From positions 40,794 through 104,793 of the forward strand of contig JAKAWX010000001.1 in the NCBI GenBank assembly GCA_021816865.1: a stretch of DNA of 64,000 bases, given 5' to 3'. Under the pieces are notes generated by a model. That model ran no database searches and had not been told where the DNA came from. It worked only from the letters and a program-made list of their open reading frames with translations. The DNA is from Thermoplasmata archaeon (GTDB taxonomy: Archaea; Thermoplasmatota; Thermoplasmata; Lutacidiplasmatales; UBA184). Shown here piece after piece: positions 42,202 to 51,516 of the stretch. The translations under genes were made by a program, and so were the position numbers. How positions within the stretch are numbered: position 1 is the stretch's first letter; the number at the start of each line of letters is the position of its first letter.

Positions 42202-45171
42202 ATGGAGAGCCCCGCGGCGAACCTGCCCGCCGGCATCGCCCCGACCGCGGTCGTCTGGTGCCGCCAGGTCGACAACGAGGCGGAGAGCCCGGGGTACACC
42301 ACCATCCCCGAGGAGTTCCCGGGGCGCCGGGAGACGCTCGAAACGATCCGCCTGGTCGGCAACCTGACGATCAACGTCGCCGACACCCACGACTACTGGG
42401 ATCCCGACCCGGCCCAGCCGCTCTCCTACTACCCGAACCTGTTCCTCTACCCGGCCGCGAACGGCCGCTACACGTGCGTCGGACGGATGTTCTTATCGAC
42501 CGAGGACCGGCCGCGGCTCGGGATGAAGACGCTCGTCTTCCCGACGGTCGAGCTCGTCGCCAGCGGTGAGTTCGGGGCGGCCGTCCTGCGGGCCCACGCC
42601 ACCATGGGTGGCCGTTCCGGCCCGATGCGACCGACCGCGGAACCGGACGGGTCGGTCTACCAGGCCGTCGGGGAAGGTTTCCTCTTCCACCGGGGGTCGA
42701 CCGAGCCGACGGTTATCGTCGCGGCGGAACAGTGGGAGGCGGCCTCCGAGGTCGTCCTCGACCTGGTACGCCTCCTGCCGAGCGCGCTTGTCGCCCTGAG
42801 CGCGTTCCTCGTGTTCCCGTACTTCCTCCCCGAGGCGAAGGTCAACCTGCACGAGTTCACGGAGCAGCTGCCGCTCGCGCTTGCGATCATGCGGGTCCCG
42901 AAGGGGGAGGCCTACGGTGACCGCCACACGAAACGGCTCCAGAGCTGGCAGGCCGCCCCGGTCGGTCTGAGGGACCTCACGAAGCCGTCGGCCTCCCGGG
43001 CTCGGGATAACCTGCCGCTGGTGCTCCAGTACGCCCGGGACCACCTCGAGCAAAAGCTTGTGGAGGTGGCGCGACGCGTCGACCTCGTGGAAGGGAGCCG
43101 CACCCGGGGCCACCTCCACGACCCGGACCACCAGGGCGGGCGGGACCGTCGCAAGGAGATGTGGCGGATCGGGACGGCGATGGAAACGGCCGCGCTCTTG
43201 CTCGCCCGCCCGAAGGGCCGGACCGTGCCGATGACCGGCGACGCGGCGAAGCGGGCGAACGAGTACCTCCGGGCCGAACCTCCGGCGCCGCTCTCCGTTG
43301 CTCCCGAACCGCTCCCCGCGGCCGCTACGGCTTTTGCCGCCAACCAGCTCCCTCCGTGGCTGCGGAGTCCCACCGAGATCAGGGTCCCGCCCCCCGGGCC
43401 CGTCGCCGTGCCGGTTTCGGTGAGCGACGATCCGTCGGCGCGCGCCGCGCCGGCCCCCGCCGCGTCGGTACCGGCCTCATCGGAGACCTCGACGGCCCTC
43501 CGACCGTCGGCCGCCGTAACGCCGACGGCCGTTCTCCCTCCCCCCGCCTCCGCCCCGACGACGGCTTTGTTCGTCCCGTTCCGGCCCGGGCCGGCCGAGC
43601 CCGAGCCGTCCCGGCCCGTGGCCCGACCCGTCCCACCGGTCGCCGACACGGCCGAGGTGGAGGCCCGGCTCCTCGCAACCCTCGATCGCCAACTGCGCGA
43701 ATCGGCCGATCGGACCGCGCGGAGTCTCGTCGAGCTGCGCGCCGACCTGTCGAGCCGCCTCGCCGCGGTGGAGGGTCGGCCGTCGGTGAACCCGGGCGAA
43801 GTGATCGAGGCGGCCGAACGCAAGGCCCGGGAGGCCGTCGACCCGCTGGTCAACGGATTCGAGGAACGGACCAAGCAGTCCGTCCAGTCCGCCGGGGAGC
43901 GGTGGGCAGCGAGGCTGCGGGAGGAGCTCCGCCAGGGCGTCGACGAGCTGAAGGCCCAGTCGCTGCGCGCCGAGGAGGAGCTAAGGGCGGCGCTGGTCAC
44001 CCAACTCGACCTCGAGCTCGCGGAGTCCCGCGAGCAGGGGAACGCCCTGCGCGAGGCGATCGAGGAACGCGTTCGTGACCTCCTCAAGGATCGTACGACC
44101 GAGGCGGACCAGCGGCGGACGAAGGAGCTGCGCGACGTCGAACAGCGCGTCGCGATCCTCGTCGACGGCCGAACGCGTGACCTCGAGAACCGTATCAAGG
44201 CGACCGTCGCGGAACAGGAGGCGAGGCTCTTGGCGCTCTCCGATGAGCGCGCGGTGCGGGCCGAGCAGCGCTCCGCGACCGAGAGGGAAGCGCGCGTTAG
44301 CGAGCTCTCCGAGGCCCAGACCCAGGCGCTCGCGGGCCTGCAGGTCCGCATGCAGGCGTACTTCGAGCAGAAGCTGCGCGAGAACCAGGAGCGGGAGCGC
44401 GAGAAGTATGTAGAGCTCCTCGCCCGACTCAAGGTCGAGGTCGACCAGTCGCTCGCGAAGTCGATCGATTCGGCCCAGTTCGAGACCGCCGTCCGCGACC
44501 GCGTCGCCCAGGTGCTCGAACGCGCCCGCGCCGACCAGGAGAAGGTTGTGGCGTCCGGGCTCGCCGACACCGAGCTTCGCCTTCGCCAGCACCAGGAGGA
44601 GGCGGTCAGCCGCGTCGAGCGCGTCGAGGCGAAGCTCCAGCAGCGCGAGGCCGACCTCGCCCGCCTCGAGCGCAGCGTGCGGCACGAGGCCGACGACCTC
44701 GACCGGCGGCTCCAGGTGTTGAGCGACCGGATGATGCCGGTCGTCCGCAAGACCTGGCTCAAGATCTCGGAGCTCGAGAAGGGCGGAGGGTCACCCGAGG
44801 ACGGGGCGAACCGGGTCGGCGAGCTGCGACGTGAGCTCACGCGTGAGCTGCGCCGGGTCGAGGGCGAGCTCCTCGAGCAGACGAGCGAGCTACGCGACCG
44901 GCTCGAAGGCACCATCGCCCACCAGGGCCGGATCTGGCTCAACCTTCTGCGGCAGATGTCGTCCGACTCCGGAGACGGCCCCGGCTCGGCGGTCCGGACG
45001 GCGAAGAGGGGAGCCCGTCCCACCGAGGAGCTCACGGACGAGGAGTTCCTGAGCACGGACCTTAGGTCGGCGGCGGGTTACCCGGGGTTCGACGACCCGC
45101 CGAACCCTCTCAGCCCGCGAGTCGACCCCGAGCTCGACCCTCCGGCCCGCCGACGCGCCCGTCGGACCTAG
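42202..45171 (+). CDS. GAP1-N/uDENN-like globular domain + Pro-rich linker + long coiled coil
   Basis: N-terminal PGYTT...LFLY...CVGRMF...DRPR...LVF; ~120-aa Pro/Ala linker; >400 aa of E/R/L-rich heptads; 3 nt after the GTPase stop. Confidence 0.75.
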   Translation: MESPAANLPAGIAPTAVVWCRQVDNEAESPGYTTIPEEFPGRRETLETIRLVGNLTINVADTHDYWDPDPAQPLSYYPNLFLYPAANGRYTCVGRMFLSTEDRPRLGMKTLVFPTVELVASGEFGAAVLRAHATMGGRSGPMRPTAEPDGSVYQAVGEGFLFHRGSTEPTVIVAAEQWEAASEVVLDLVRLLPSALVALSAFLVFPYFLPEAKVNLHEFTEQLPLALAIMRVPKGEAYGDRHTKRLQSWQAAPVGLRDLTKPSASRARDNLPLVLQYARDHLEQKLVEVARRVDLVEGSRTRGHLHDPDHQGGRDRRKEMWRIGTAMETAALLLARPKGRTVPMTGDAAKRANEYLRAEPPAPLSVAPEPLPAAATAFAANQLPPWLRSPTEIRVPPPGPVAVPVSVSDDPSARAAPAPAASVPASSETSTALRPSAAVTPTAVLPPPASAPTTALFVPFRPGPAEPEPSRPVARPVPPVADTAEVEARLLATLDRQLRESADRTARSLVELRADLSSRLAAVEGRPSVNPGEVIEAAERKAREAVDPLVNGFEERTKQSVQSAGERWAARLREELRQGVDELKAQSLRAEEELRAALVTQLDLELAESREQGNALREAIEERVRDLLKDRTTEADQRRTKELRDVEQRVAILVDGRTRDLENRIKATVAEQEARLLALSDERAVRAEQRSATEREARVSELSEAQTQALAGLQVRMQAYFEQKLRENQEREREKYVELLARLKVEVDQSLAKSIDSAQFETAVRDRVAQVLERARADQEKVVASGLADTELRLRQHQEEAVSRVERVEAKLQQREADLARLERSVRHEADDLDRRLQVLSDRMMPVVRKTWLKISELEKGGGSPEDGANRVGELRRELTRELRRVEGELLEQTSELRDRLEGTIAHQGRIWLNLLRQMSSDSGDGPGSAVRTAKRGARPTEELTDEEFLSTDLRSAAGYPGFDDPPNPLSPRVDPELDPPARRRARRT

Positions 45172-45227
45172 CGAGCCCACGGGACCGGCGGCAAGGCTAA
45201 GCGCGTCCCTGAGGTAGTCCCCTCATC

Positions 45228-45419
45228 GTGCCCCCACCCCCCGATCACCGGCATTGCAAGGTCTGCGGTCGCGCCTGCGACGTCGGATCCGAGACGTGCA
45301 GTGCATCGTGCGCCGCGAAGCGGGCGCAGCAGCTCACGAGCCGTCGGACCTACACGTACCTCCTGTACGGCGCTATCGCACTGTTGCTGATCGTCTTCGC
45401 CAGCCGGTTCTTCGTGTAG
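45228..45419 (+). CDS. DUF2116-like zinc-ribbon membrane protein
   Basis: HRHCKVCG...CSASC followed by one TM helix. Confidence 0.8.
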   Translation: MPPPPDHRHCKVCGRACDVGSETCSASCAAKRAQQLTSRRTYTYLLYGAIALLLIVFASRFFV

Positions 45420-45429
45420 GAGGTCGACC

Positions 45430-46269
45430 GTGCGGCCGAAAGGACACGCCGTGCTCGGCGGCACGTTCGACCACTTCCACGTCGGACACGCGGCGCTGCT
45501 CGATGCGGCGTTCCGCGCGGGCCGGACGGTCTCGGTCGGCGTGACGACCGACCGCTACCTCGCCCTCCATCCGAAACCCGAGGCCGAGAGGCTCCAGCCG
45601 TACGCCGCCCGTGTGCGTGCGGTGCGCCGATACCTCGCCGGCCGCCACCCGACCGACCGGTTCCGCACGGTCCCCCTGGAAGACCGGTTCGGACGTTCGG
45701 TCGGGGAGGGGGTCGACCGCCTCGTCGTTTCGGTCGAGACGGTCGGGGGCGCCCGGGCCGTCAACGCCGAGCGCCGTCGCCTCGGCCGCCGGCCGCTTCC
45801 GGTGCTGGTCGTCCCGCTCGTGCTCGCCGACGACCTCGAACCGGTGAGCGCGCGACGTATCCGCGCGGGCACGATCGACCGCGACGGACGGCGCCGCTCC
45901 CCGATCCGGGTCGGTCTGCAGGTCGAGGACGCCCGGGACTCCGCGGCCGCCCGTCGTGCCGTTCGTCGCATCTTCCGATCCTCCCGGATCGATTCCGGGC
46001 CCCCCGTCCGCCCGACCGGGCGACGTTCGGCCGCGTCCCGGGCGACCCGACTGGCCAAGGCCGGGGCCGCGGGTCGCGACCTCGGTCTCGGCGTCGCGCG
46101 CGACCCGAAGGGAGGTTGGTTGCTCGCCGAGCGCTCGCGGACCCTGGCACTGGCGCCGCGACGCGTTCGGGCGGGCGGCCCCGACCGGCTCGCGCGCGCG
46201 CTCGAGGAGCTCCTGCGCCCGTCGGTCGAGCGCAACGCCTTTCCCCTCCGACGGCCCTCTCGCCGCTGA
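45430..46269 (+). CDS. coaD: Phosphopantetheine adenylyltransferase with C-terminal extension
   Basis: GGTFDHFHVGH, VGVTTD, LVVSVET, VN.ER, VSARRIR.G.ID..G. Confidence 0.9.
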   Translation: MRPKGHAVLGGTFDHFHVGHAALLDAAFRAGRTVSVGVTTDRYLALHPKPEAERLQPYAARVRAVRRYLAGRHPTDRFRTVPLEDRFGRSVGEGVDRLVVSVETVGGARAVNAERRRLGRRPLPVLVVPLVLADDLEPVSARRIRAGTIDRDGRRRSPIRVGLQVEDARDSAAARRAVRRIFRSSRIDSGPPVRPTGRRSAASRATRLAKAGAAGRDLGLGVARDPKGGWLLAERSRTLALAPRRVRAGGPDRLARALEELLRPSVERNAFPLRRPSRR

Positions 46270-46490
46270 TGGAGACCTACCTGCGCGTCTCGTTCGGAAG
46301 CGAGGGAGCGAAGCCGTCCGCGGTCGCCGACCGCCTCCGGTCGTGCGGGTTTCTGCCGACGCAGGGGAACTACGACTTCGTCTACGACTGGCAGGGCTCG
46401 GCGACCCGGGACCAGGTCCTCGACCTCTCGGACGAGATCTCCCGGCAGCTGCGCGGCCTCCGCGTGCTGGTCGAGGTCGAGACGGTATAG
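46269..46490 (+). CDS. Small conserved-type hypothetical protein (74 codons)
   Basis: METYLRVSFGSEGAKPS...GNYDFVYDW; TGATG overlap with coaD. Confidence 0.75.
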   Translation: METYLRVSFGSEGAKPSAVADRLRSCGFLPTQGNYDFVYDWQGSATRDQVLDLSDEISRQLRGLRVLVEVETV

Positions 46491-46559
46491 GCCCGCGGAA
46501 CGCCCGCGGCGCGGACGACCCGCGAGAGCTTTTATCGAGTGCCGGGCTCGCACGTTCCC

Positions 46560-46886
46560 GTGCAGACCTACCCGGTCCGTGCGAGCCACCGGGCCCAGCT
46601 CACCCCCGAGTCGCTCGCGCGCCTCGTCACGGCGCACTTCGGATCGGCCGAGACCCAGGGCGATTCGGTGAGCACCGCCTGCGGCGCCATCTCCCGCCTG
46701 GTCGTCCGCGGCCATAACCGGGCGCTCGTCGTCGACGTCACGATGAACGCGAAGGTCGCCGAGGACGTCGCCCGCGACACGATCGGTCGGTACAACCGCT
46801 TCCTCGAGGAGACGACCGGGTACAGTTCGAAGGAGCGGGCCCGGCGGCTCCGCAAGTCCGCGGGAGGGCCGACATCGGGGGCCTGA
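46560..46886 (+). CDS. DUF5611-like protein
   Basis: YPV...H, YNRFLEETTGYSSKER; TTTTAT TATA ~30 nt upstream. Confidence 0.8.
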   Translation: MQTYPVRASHRAQLTPESLARLVTAHFGSAETQGDSVSTACGAISRLVVRGHNRALVVDVTMNAKVAEDVARDTIGRYNRFLEETTGYSSKERARRLRKSAGGPTSGA

Positions 46887-46890
46887 CGGT

Positions 46891-48468
46891 ATGACCGCCG
46901 CGGCTCCGGGACCGCTCCCGTCCTCGGGAGCCACCGAGCTCGAGAAGATCCGGGCGGTCGTCGCGGCGTACTTCCCCGTCTACGAGACCCGGGTCGGGCC
47001 GCAGTCGCTCCTGCTCGCCGTCCACGTCGACCGCGCCGAGCTTGCCGAGAAGTTCGACCGCCTTCGCCAGGAGCTCTGGGGGCTCGGCTACATCCCCCTC
47101 GTCCGTCGCCAGTCGGGCGAGGACTTCATCGAGGTCGTCCGGCGCTCGCGCACGGGTCGGCCGCGGATCTGGATCAACCTCTTGCTCCTCGCCGGGACGG
47201 TCGCGACGACCGCGTTCGCGGGGGCGCTCATCTGGCTCACGTACGCCGGAGGAACGGCCCTCACGCCGACCGATTTCCTCCTCGGGGCGCTCTACTTCGC
47301 CGCGCCGGTGATGACGATCCTCGGCCTGCACGAGTCCGCTCATTACGTGATGGCGCGGCGACGCCACGTCGAGGCATCGCTGCCGTACTTCGTGCCGGTC
47401 CCACCGCCGTTCCTCTTCGGCACGCTCGGGGCGTTCGTCAGCATCCGCGAGCCGTTTCCCGACCGCAAGACGCTCTTCGACATCGGGGCCGCCGGTCCGG
47501 TCGCGGGGTTCCTCGCGTCGGTGCCGATCGCCATTGCCGGCCTCTACCTCTCGATCCACGCCCCGGTCCTTCCCGCGACGTACTGCGGCCCGACGATCCT
47601 CGGCCAGAGCTACGGGAACCTCGAGGTCGGCACGCCGATCTTCTGGTTCCTGCTGGCGCAATTCTTCCCGCCGAACCTCGTGAACCTCCACCCGCTCGCG
47701 CTCGCCGGCTGGGTCGGGATCTTCGTCACGGCCATCAACCTCCTGCCGGCGGGCCAGCTCGACGGCGGCCACGTCTTCCGTGCCCTTTTCGGCGAGCGGT
47801 CCCGCTACGTCAGCTACGGGATCGTCGTCCTGCTCTTCGGCCTCGGCCTCTTCTACACGGGGTGGCTCTTCTTCGCGGTCCTGATCCTGGTCCTCGGCTT
47901 TCGCCATCCGCCGCCCCTCAACGACTACACCCCGCTCGGCCCGACGCGCTACGCGGTCGGCGGGCTCGTCCTCGTCCTCCTCGTGACGGGGTTCGTCGTC
48001 GTGCCGCTCGCGGTCCCGCCAGGGTCGGTCTCGTTCCAGAACGCAAGCTCCGCGATCCCCGTCTCGCTCCCGCCGGGCGCCCAGGTCGCCGCGAACCTCA
48101 CGGCGACGCTCGCGAACGGCGACCAGTTCCCGCACGGCTACGGGCTGAGCGCCGCGGTGACGAACGTCACGAACGCGACCGGGGTCTACCTCACGGGCAC
48201 AGCGTTCCAGGAGTGGGCCGCGAACGCGACGTGGCGGTTCTTCCTTCCCGGCGGCACCACCGTCGTCCTCACCGGCGCCTCGGTGACGCTTCCCCAGAGC
48301 GACTTCGTCACGGTCGACGAGACGACCGCCTACAAGGTCCCGATCGCGGTCGAGTTCTCCGACACCGGGCTCGCCCGGCAGGCGACGCTCGTCCTCACGG
48401 CGACCCAGTTCTGCGCCCCGTCGGGCGCGCAGCCCGCGAGCGCGTCGTTCTCCCCGCTGTTCCTCTGA
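46891..48468 (+). CDS. Site-2 protease (M50) with C-terminal extracellular extension
   Basis: HESAH zinc motif, GTLGAF, DIGAAGP, NLLPAGQLDGGH. Confidence 0.92.
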   Translation: MTAAAPGPLPSSGATELEKIRAVVAAYFPVYETRVGPQSLLLAVHVDRAELAEKFDRLRQELWGLGYIPLVRRQSGEDFIEVVRRSRTGRPRIWINLLLLAGTVATTAFAGALIWLTYAGGTALTPTDFLLGALYFAAPVMTILGLHESAHYVMARRRHVEASLPYFVPVPPPFLFGTLGAFVSIREPFPDRKTLFDIGAAGPVAGFLASVPIAIAGLYLSIHAPVLPATYCGPTILGQSYGNLEVGTPIFWFLLAQFFPPNLVNLHPLALAGWVGIFVTAINLLPAGQLDGGHVFRALFGERSRYVSYGIVVLLFGLGLFYTGWLFFAVLILVLGFRHPPPLNDYTPLGPTRYAVGGLVLVLLVTGFVVVPLAVPPGSVSFQNASSAIPVSLPPGAQVAANLTATLANGDQFPHGYGLSAAVTNVTNATGVYLTGTAFQEWAANATWRFFLPGGTTVVLTGASVTLPQSDFVTVDETTAYKVPIAVEFSDTGLARQATLVLTATQFCAPSGAQPASASFSPLFL

Positions 48469-48477
48469 CCCAACGGC

Positions 48478-49488
48478 TCAGGCGCCGCCCGCCCGCTCGT
48501 AGACCCGGAACTCGCGCGTGAGGCTCCGGTGGACCCGGACCGCCACCGCGAGCCGGAGCTCGAACGGGGAGGGAAGCGCTTCCGCGCCGGAAGGAACGAT
48601 CAGGACGACACGCCCCCCGGCGCTCAGTCGCTCGCCCCACCGAGGCACCGTCCGCGCGATCAGGCGGTCGGCGGACTCCGCGCCGGTGCTCGAAGAGCGG
48701 CCGTACGGCGGGTCGGTGAGCACGGCCCGGAACGGGCCCGTCTCGGACGCGAAGCCGACCGTCGCCGCGTCCCCGACGACGAGCTCCTCCGCCGAGACGC
48801 CGAGGTGGGCGAAGTTCGCGAGCGCCCCCCGCACCATCGTCGCATCGCGGTCGATTCCGTAGAGGCGGCTGCCGAGCAGGCCCGCCTCGGCGAGCAGCGC
48901 GCCCGTGCCGAGGAACGGGTCGAGCACCCGGTCCCCGGGCCGGACGCGCGCGAGGTTCGCCGCGGCGCGCGCGAGCCGCGGCGCGAGGCTCACCGGGCGG
49001 CGGAACGGGAGGAGCGGCATGCGTCGTCGGGACGCCGCCGCGCGGTCGATGGTCCCGATCTCCTCGAGGAGGCGGTCGACCCCGCTCCCGTCCCGGGCGA
49101 GCCAGAACCGCCGCCGGGGCGCGTCGAGGTCGATACGACCCCCGGCGGACTTGTAGGCCCGGCCGGCGGCGAGGACCCCCGTGTCGGCGGCACCGCCCGG
49201 CCGCCCGAGGCGACGGAATGCGGCCGCGTCGCCGAGGGTTCCCGCACGGGCCGCGGCGAGCTCGGCGGGTTCTGTCGCGGCGACCCGGGCCAAGCAGCGG
49301 TGCGCGAGGGCGAGACGGTCCGAGAGAAGGGCGGCCGAGACACCGTCGGGGAGATCGACCGCAACGAGGCCGCTCACGTCGCTCTCGGCCCCGGGGGCCC
49401 GACCTCCGAGGGCCTCGGCCGCGGCGACGGCCTCCGCCTCCGCGAGTGCCGGGCTCTCCCCGGACGGCTCGACGTACACTCGGATCAA
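48478..49488 (-). CDS. tRNA (guanine-10 N2) methyltransferase, Trm11/TrmG10-like
   Basis: P.SL.PRLARA..NL, LDPFLGTG, TDPPYGRS. TTG start overlaps the upstream stop. Confidence 0.85.
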   Translation of the reverse strand: MIRVYVEPSGESPALAEAEAVAAAEALGGRAPGAESDVSGLVAVDLPDGVSAALLSDRLALAHRCLARVAATEPAELAAARAGTLGDAAAFRRLGRPGGAADTGVLAAGRAYKSAGGRIDLDAPRRRFWLARDGSGVDRLLEEIGTIDRAAASRRRMPLLPFRRPVSLAPRLARAAANLARVRPGDRVLDPFLGTGALLAEAGLLGSRLYGIDRDATMVRGALANFAHLGVSAEELVVGDAATVGFASETGPFRAVLTDPPYGRSSSTGAESADRLIARTVPRWGERLSAGGRVVLIVPSGAEALPSPFELRLAVAVRVHRSLTREFRVYERAGGA

Positions 49489-49967
49489 GCCCGGGCCTCG
49501 TCGGCCCACTCCGCGAGCTGAGCGCGGATCCGGGCCGTGTGGGTGCCTTCCCAGTAGAGATGGCCGCACGCCGCGCAACGGTAGATCGAGAGGCCGCTCG
49601 CGACGCGGTCGCGGGGCACGCCTTCGGGCCACGAGCCGGCCGAGGGGGGATCCTCGATATGCAGAAGTCCGTTGCACACGGTGCAACGGTCGAACCGAAC
49701 CTCGAAGGGAACCTCCGGGTGCGCGGCGCGGACCTGCGCCCACTGCTCGGAAAGCCGGGGGCTCGTGAGAAGGACCGCGCGGGGGGCACGGCGGGCGAGC
49801 GCCCGATCCCGCGTCACGAGGATACGGCCTTCCTCGGAAGCCGTGCGGAGGATCTCGTCGTCCGAGAGACCCCGCACGTAGAGGGTATCGAGCCCGACGA
49901 ACCTGAGGTAGCGGGCGAGGCGGCCCACCATCTCGTCGGCGAGCCAGCGGGACGGCGCCACGCCCAC
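49485..49967 (-). CDS. Mut7-C RNase (DUF82) domain protein
   Basis: ADEMVGRLARYLR..G.D, RILVTRD, RCTVCN, C..CG..YWEGTH. Confidence 0.92.
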   Translation of the reverse strand: MGVAPSRWLADEMVGRLARYLRFVGLDTLYVRGLSDDEILRTASEEGRILVTRDRALARRAPRAVLLTSPRLSEQWAQVRAAHPEVPFEVRFDRCTVCNGLLHIEDPPSAGSWPEGVPRDRVASGLSIYRCAACGHLYWEGTHTARIRAQLAEWADEARA

Positions 49968-50040
49968 CGACCCCCGGCCCGGGATTTACCGTTGGCTGTC
50001 ATATAAGGCCCCGTCACTCTGCCGGACGGCAGGGACGGAC

Positions 50041-51417
50041 GTGCGGCTTTTCGGGACGAACGGGATTCGCGAGGTTGTTGGAGAGGCGTTCACGGCCCCG
50101 TTCGTCACGAGGGTCGTCGGGGCGATCGCCGCGCAACTGCCCGTCGGCGCCCCCATTGTCGTCGGGCGGGACGCCCGGACCTCGAGCGCCGCCTTCGCCC
50201 AGATCGCAAGCGCGACGCTCGCGCTCGCGGGCCACCGCGTGGTCGACGTCGGCCTGCTGCCGACCCCCGCGATCCAGTGGATGGTCGTCCACCACCGCGC
50301 GCAGCTGGGCGTCATCCTGACGGCGTCACACAATCCGCCCGAGTTCAACGGGGTGAAGTGCATCGCCGCCGACGGCCTCGAGGTCCCGCGGCCGGTCGAG
50401 GAGGCCATCGAGGCGGCCGTCGAGCGCGGGGAGGCACCGGCCGTGCCGTTCGACCGGGTCGGAGAAGTGGCCGCCGACCCGTCGGGCGCGGGCCGGTACG
50501 TCGACGCCATCCTCGGCCAGGTCGACGCCGCCGCGATCGCCGCGCGTCGGCTCACGGTCGTGCTCGACTGCGGCAACGGCGCGTCGACGGTCACGAGCCC
50601 GACGCTCCTCCGACGGCTCGGATGCCGGGTCATCTCCCTCAACGGGCAGCCGGACGGCACGTTCCCGGGCCATCTCTCCGAGCCGACCGAAGCGAACCTC
50701 GTCGACCTCCGACGGGTCGTCCCCGCGGTCGGAGCCGACCTCGGGATCGCGCACGACGGGGACGCCGACCGCGCGGTCTTTGTCGAGTCGGGGGGCCGCT
50801 ACGTTCCGGGCGAGGAGATCCTCACGCTGCTCGCCCGGGACGCGGTCGAGCGGGCGCGCGGCGGGGTCGTGGTGACGCCCGTGTCGGCGTCGCAGGCCGT
50901 CGAGGATGCGATCGCTCCGCTGAACGGGACGGTCGTGTACACGCGTGTCGGCTCCCCGGCCGTCACGCGCGCGATGCTCGAACACCGGGCCGTTTTCGGG
51001 GGCGAGGAGAACGGTGGGCTGATCCTACCGAAACACCAACTGGCGCGCGACGGTGCGATGACCGCCGCCGCGGTGCTCGACCTCATGGCCCGCCGGACGG
51101 CTTCGCTCGCCGAGATCCTTCGGGACCTTCCGCGCTACACGCTGGTGAAGGAGAAGACGGCTTGCCCCGCCCCGTTGCGGTCGGCCGTCCAGGACCGGGT
51201 CGCGAGCGCGCTCGCGAGCGACAGCGACCGGGTCGTCACGATCGACGGCGTCAAGGCGTTCCGCGAGGGCGGCTGGGTCCTGATCCGACCCTCGGGGACC
51301 GAGCCGCTCTTCCGGATCTTCGCCGAATCGAGAGACCCGGCGGTCGCGCGCCGGATCGCCGACCATGGACTCGCCGTCGTCCGGGCGGCCGTCGTGCAGG
51401 CACAGAAGACCGCCTGA
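50041..51417 (+). CDS. Alpha-D-phosphohexomutase (GlmM/PMM/PGM)
   Basis: LFGTNGIR, TASHNP, DGDADR, GGEENGG, RPSGTEP. Confidence 0.95.
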   Translation: MRLFGTNGIREVVGEAFTAPFVTRVVGAIAAQLPVGAPIVVGRDARTSSAAFAQIASATLALAGHRVVDVGLLPTPAIQWMVVHHRAQLGVILTASHNPPEFNGVKCIAADGLEVPRPVEEAIEAAVERGEAPAVPFDRVGEVAADPSGAGRYVDAILGQVDAAAIAARRLTVVLDCGNGASTVTSPTLLRRLGCRVISLNGQPDGTFPGHLSEPTEANLVDLRRVVPAVGADLGIAHDGDADRAVFVESGGRYVPGEEILTLLARDAVERARGGVVVTPVSASQAVEDAIAPLNGTVVYTRVGSPAVTRAMLEHRAVFGGEENGGLILPKHQLARDGAMTAAAVLDLMARRTASLAEILRDLPRYTLVKEKTACPAPLRSAVQDRVASALASDSDRVVTIDGVKAFREGGWVLIRPSGTEPLFRIFAESRDPAVARRIADHGLAVVRAAVVQAQKTA

Positions 51418-51516
51418 TCCAGGGGCCGGGCCGTCGGCTCGGCCGTCGGACCGCAACCTCCCGGCTCGCCAAACCTCAAAACATCCCCTCACGTGGGAAG
51501 ACCCGAGGGCGAACGC

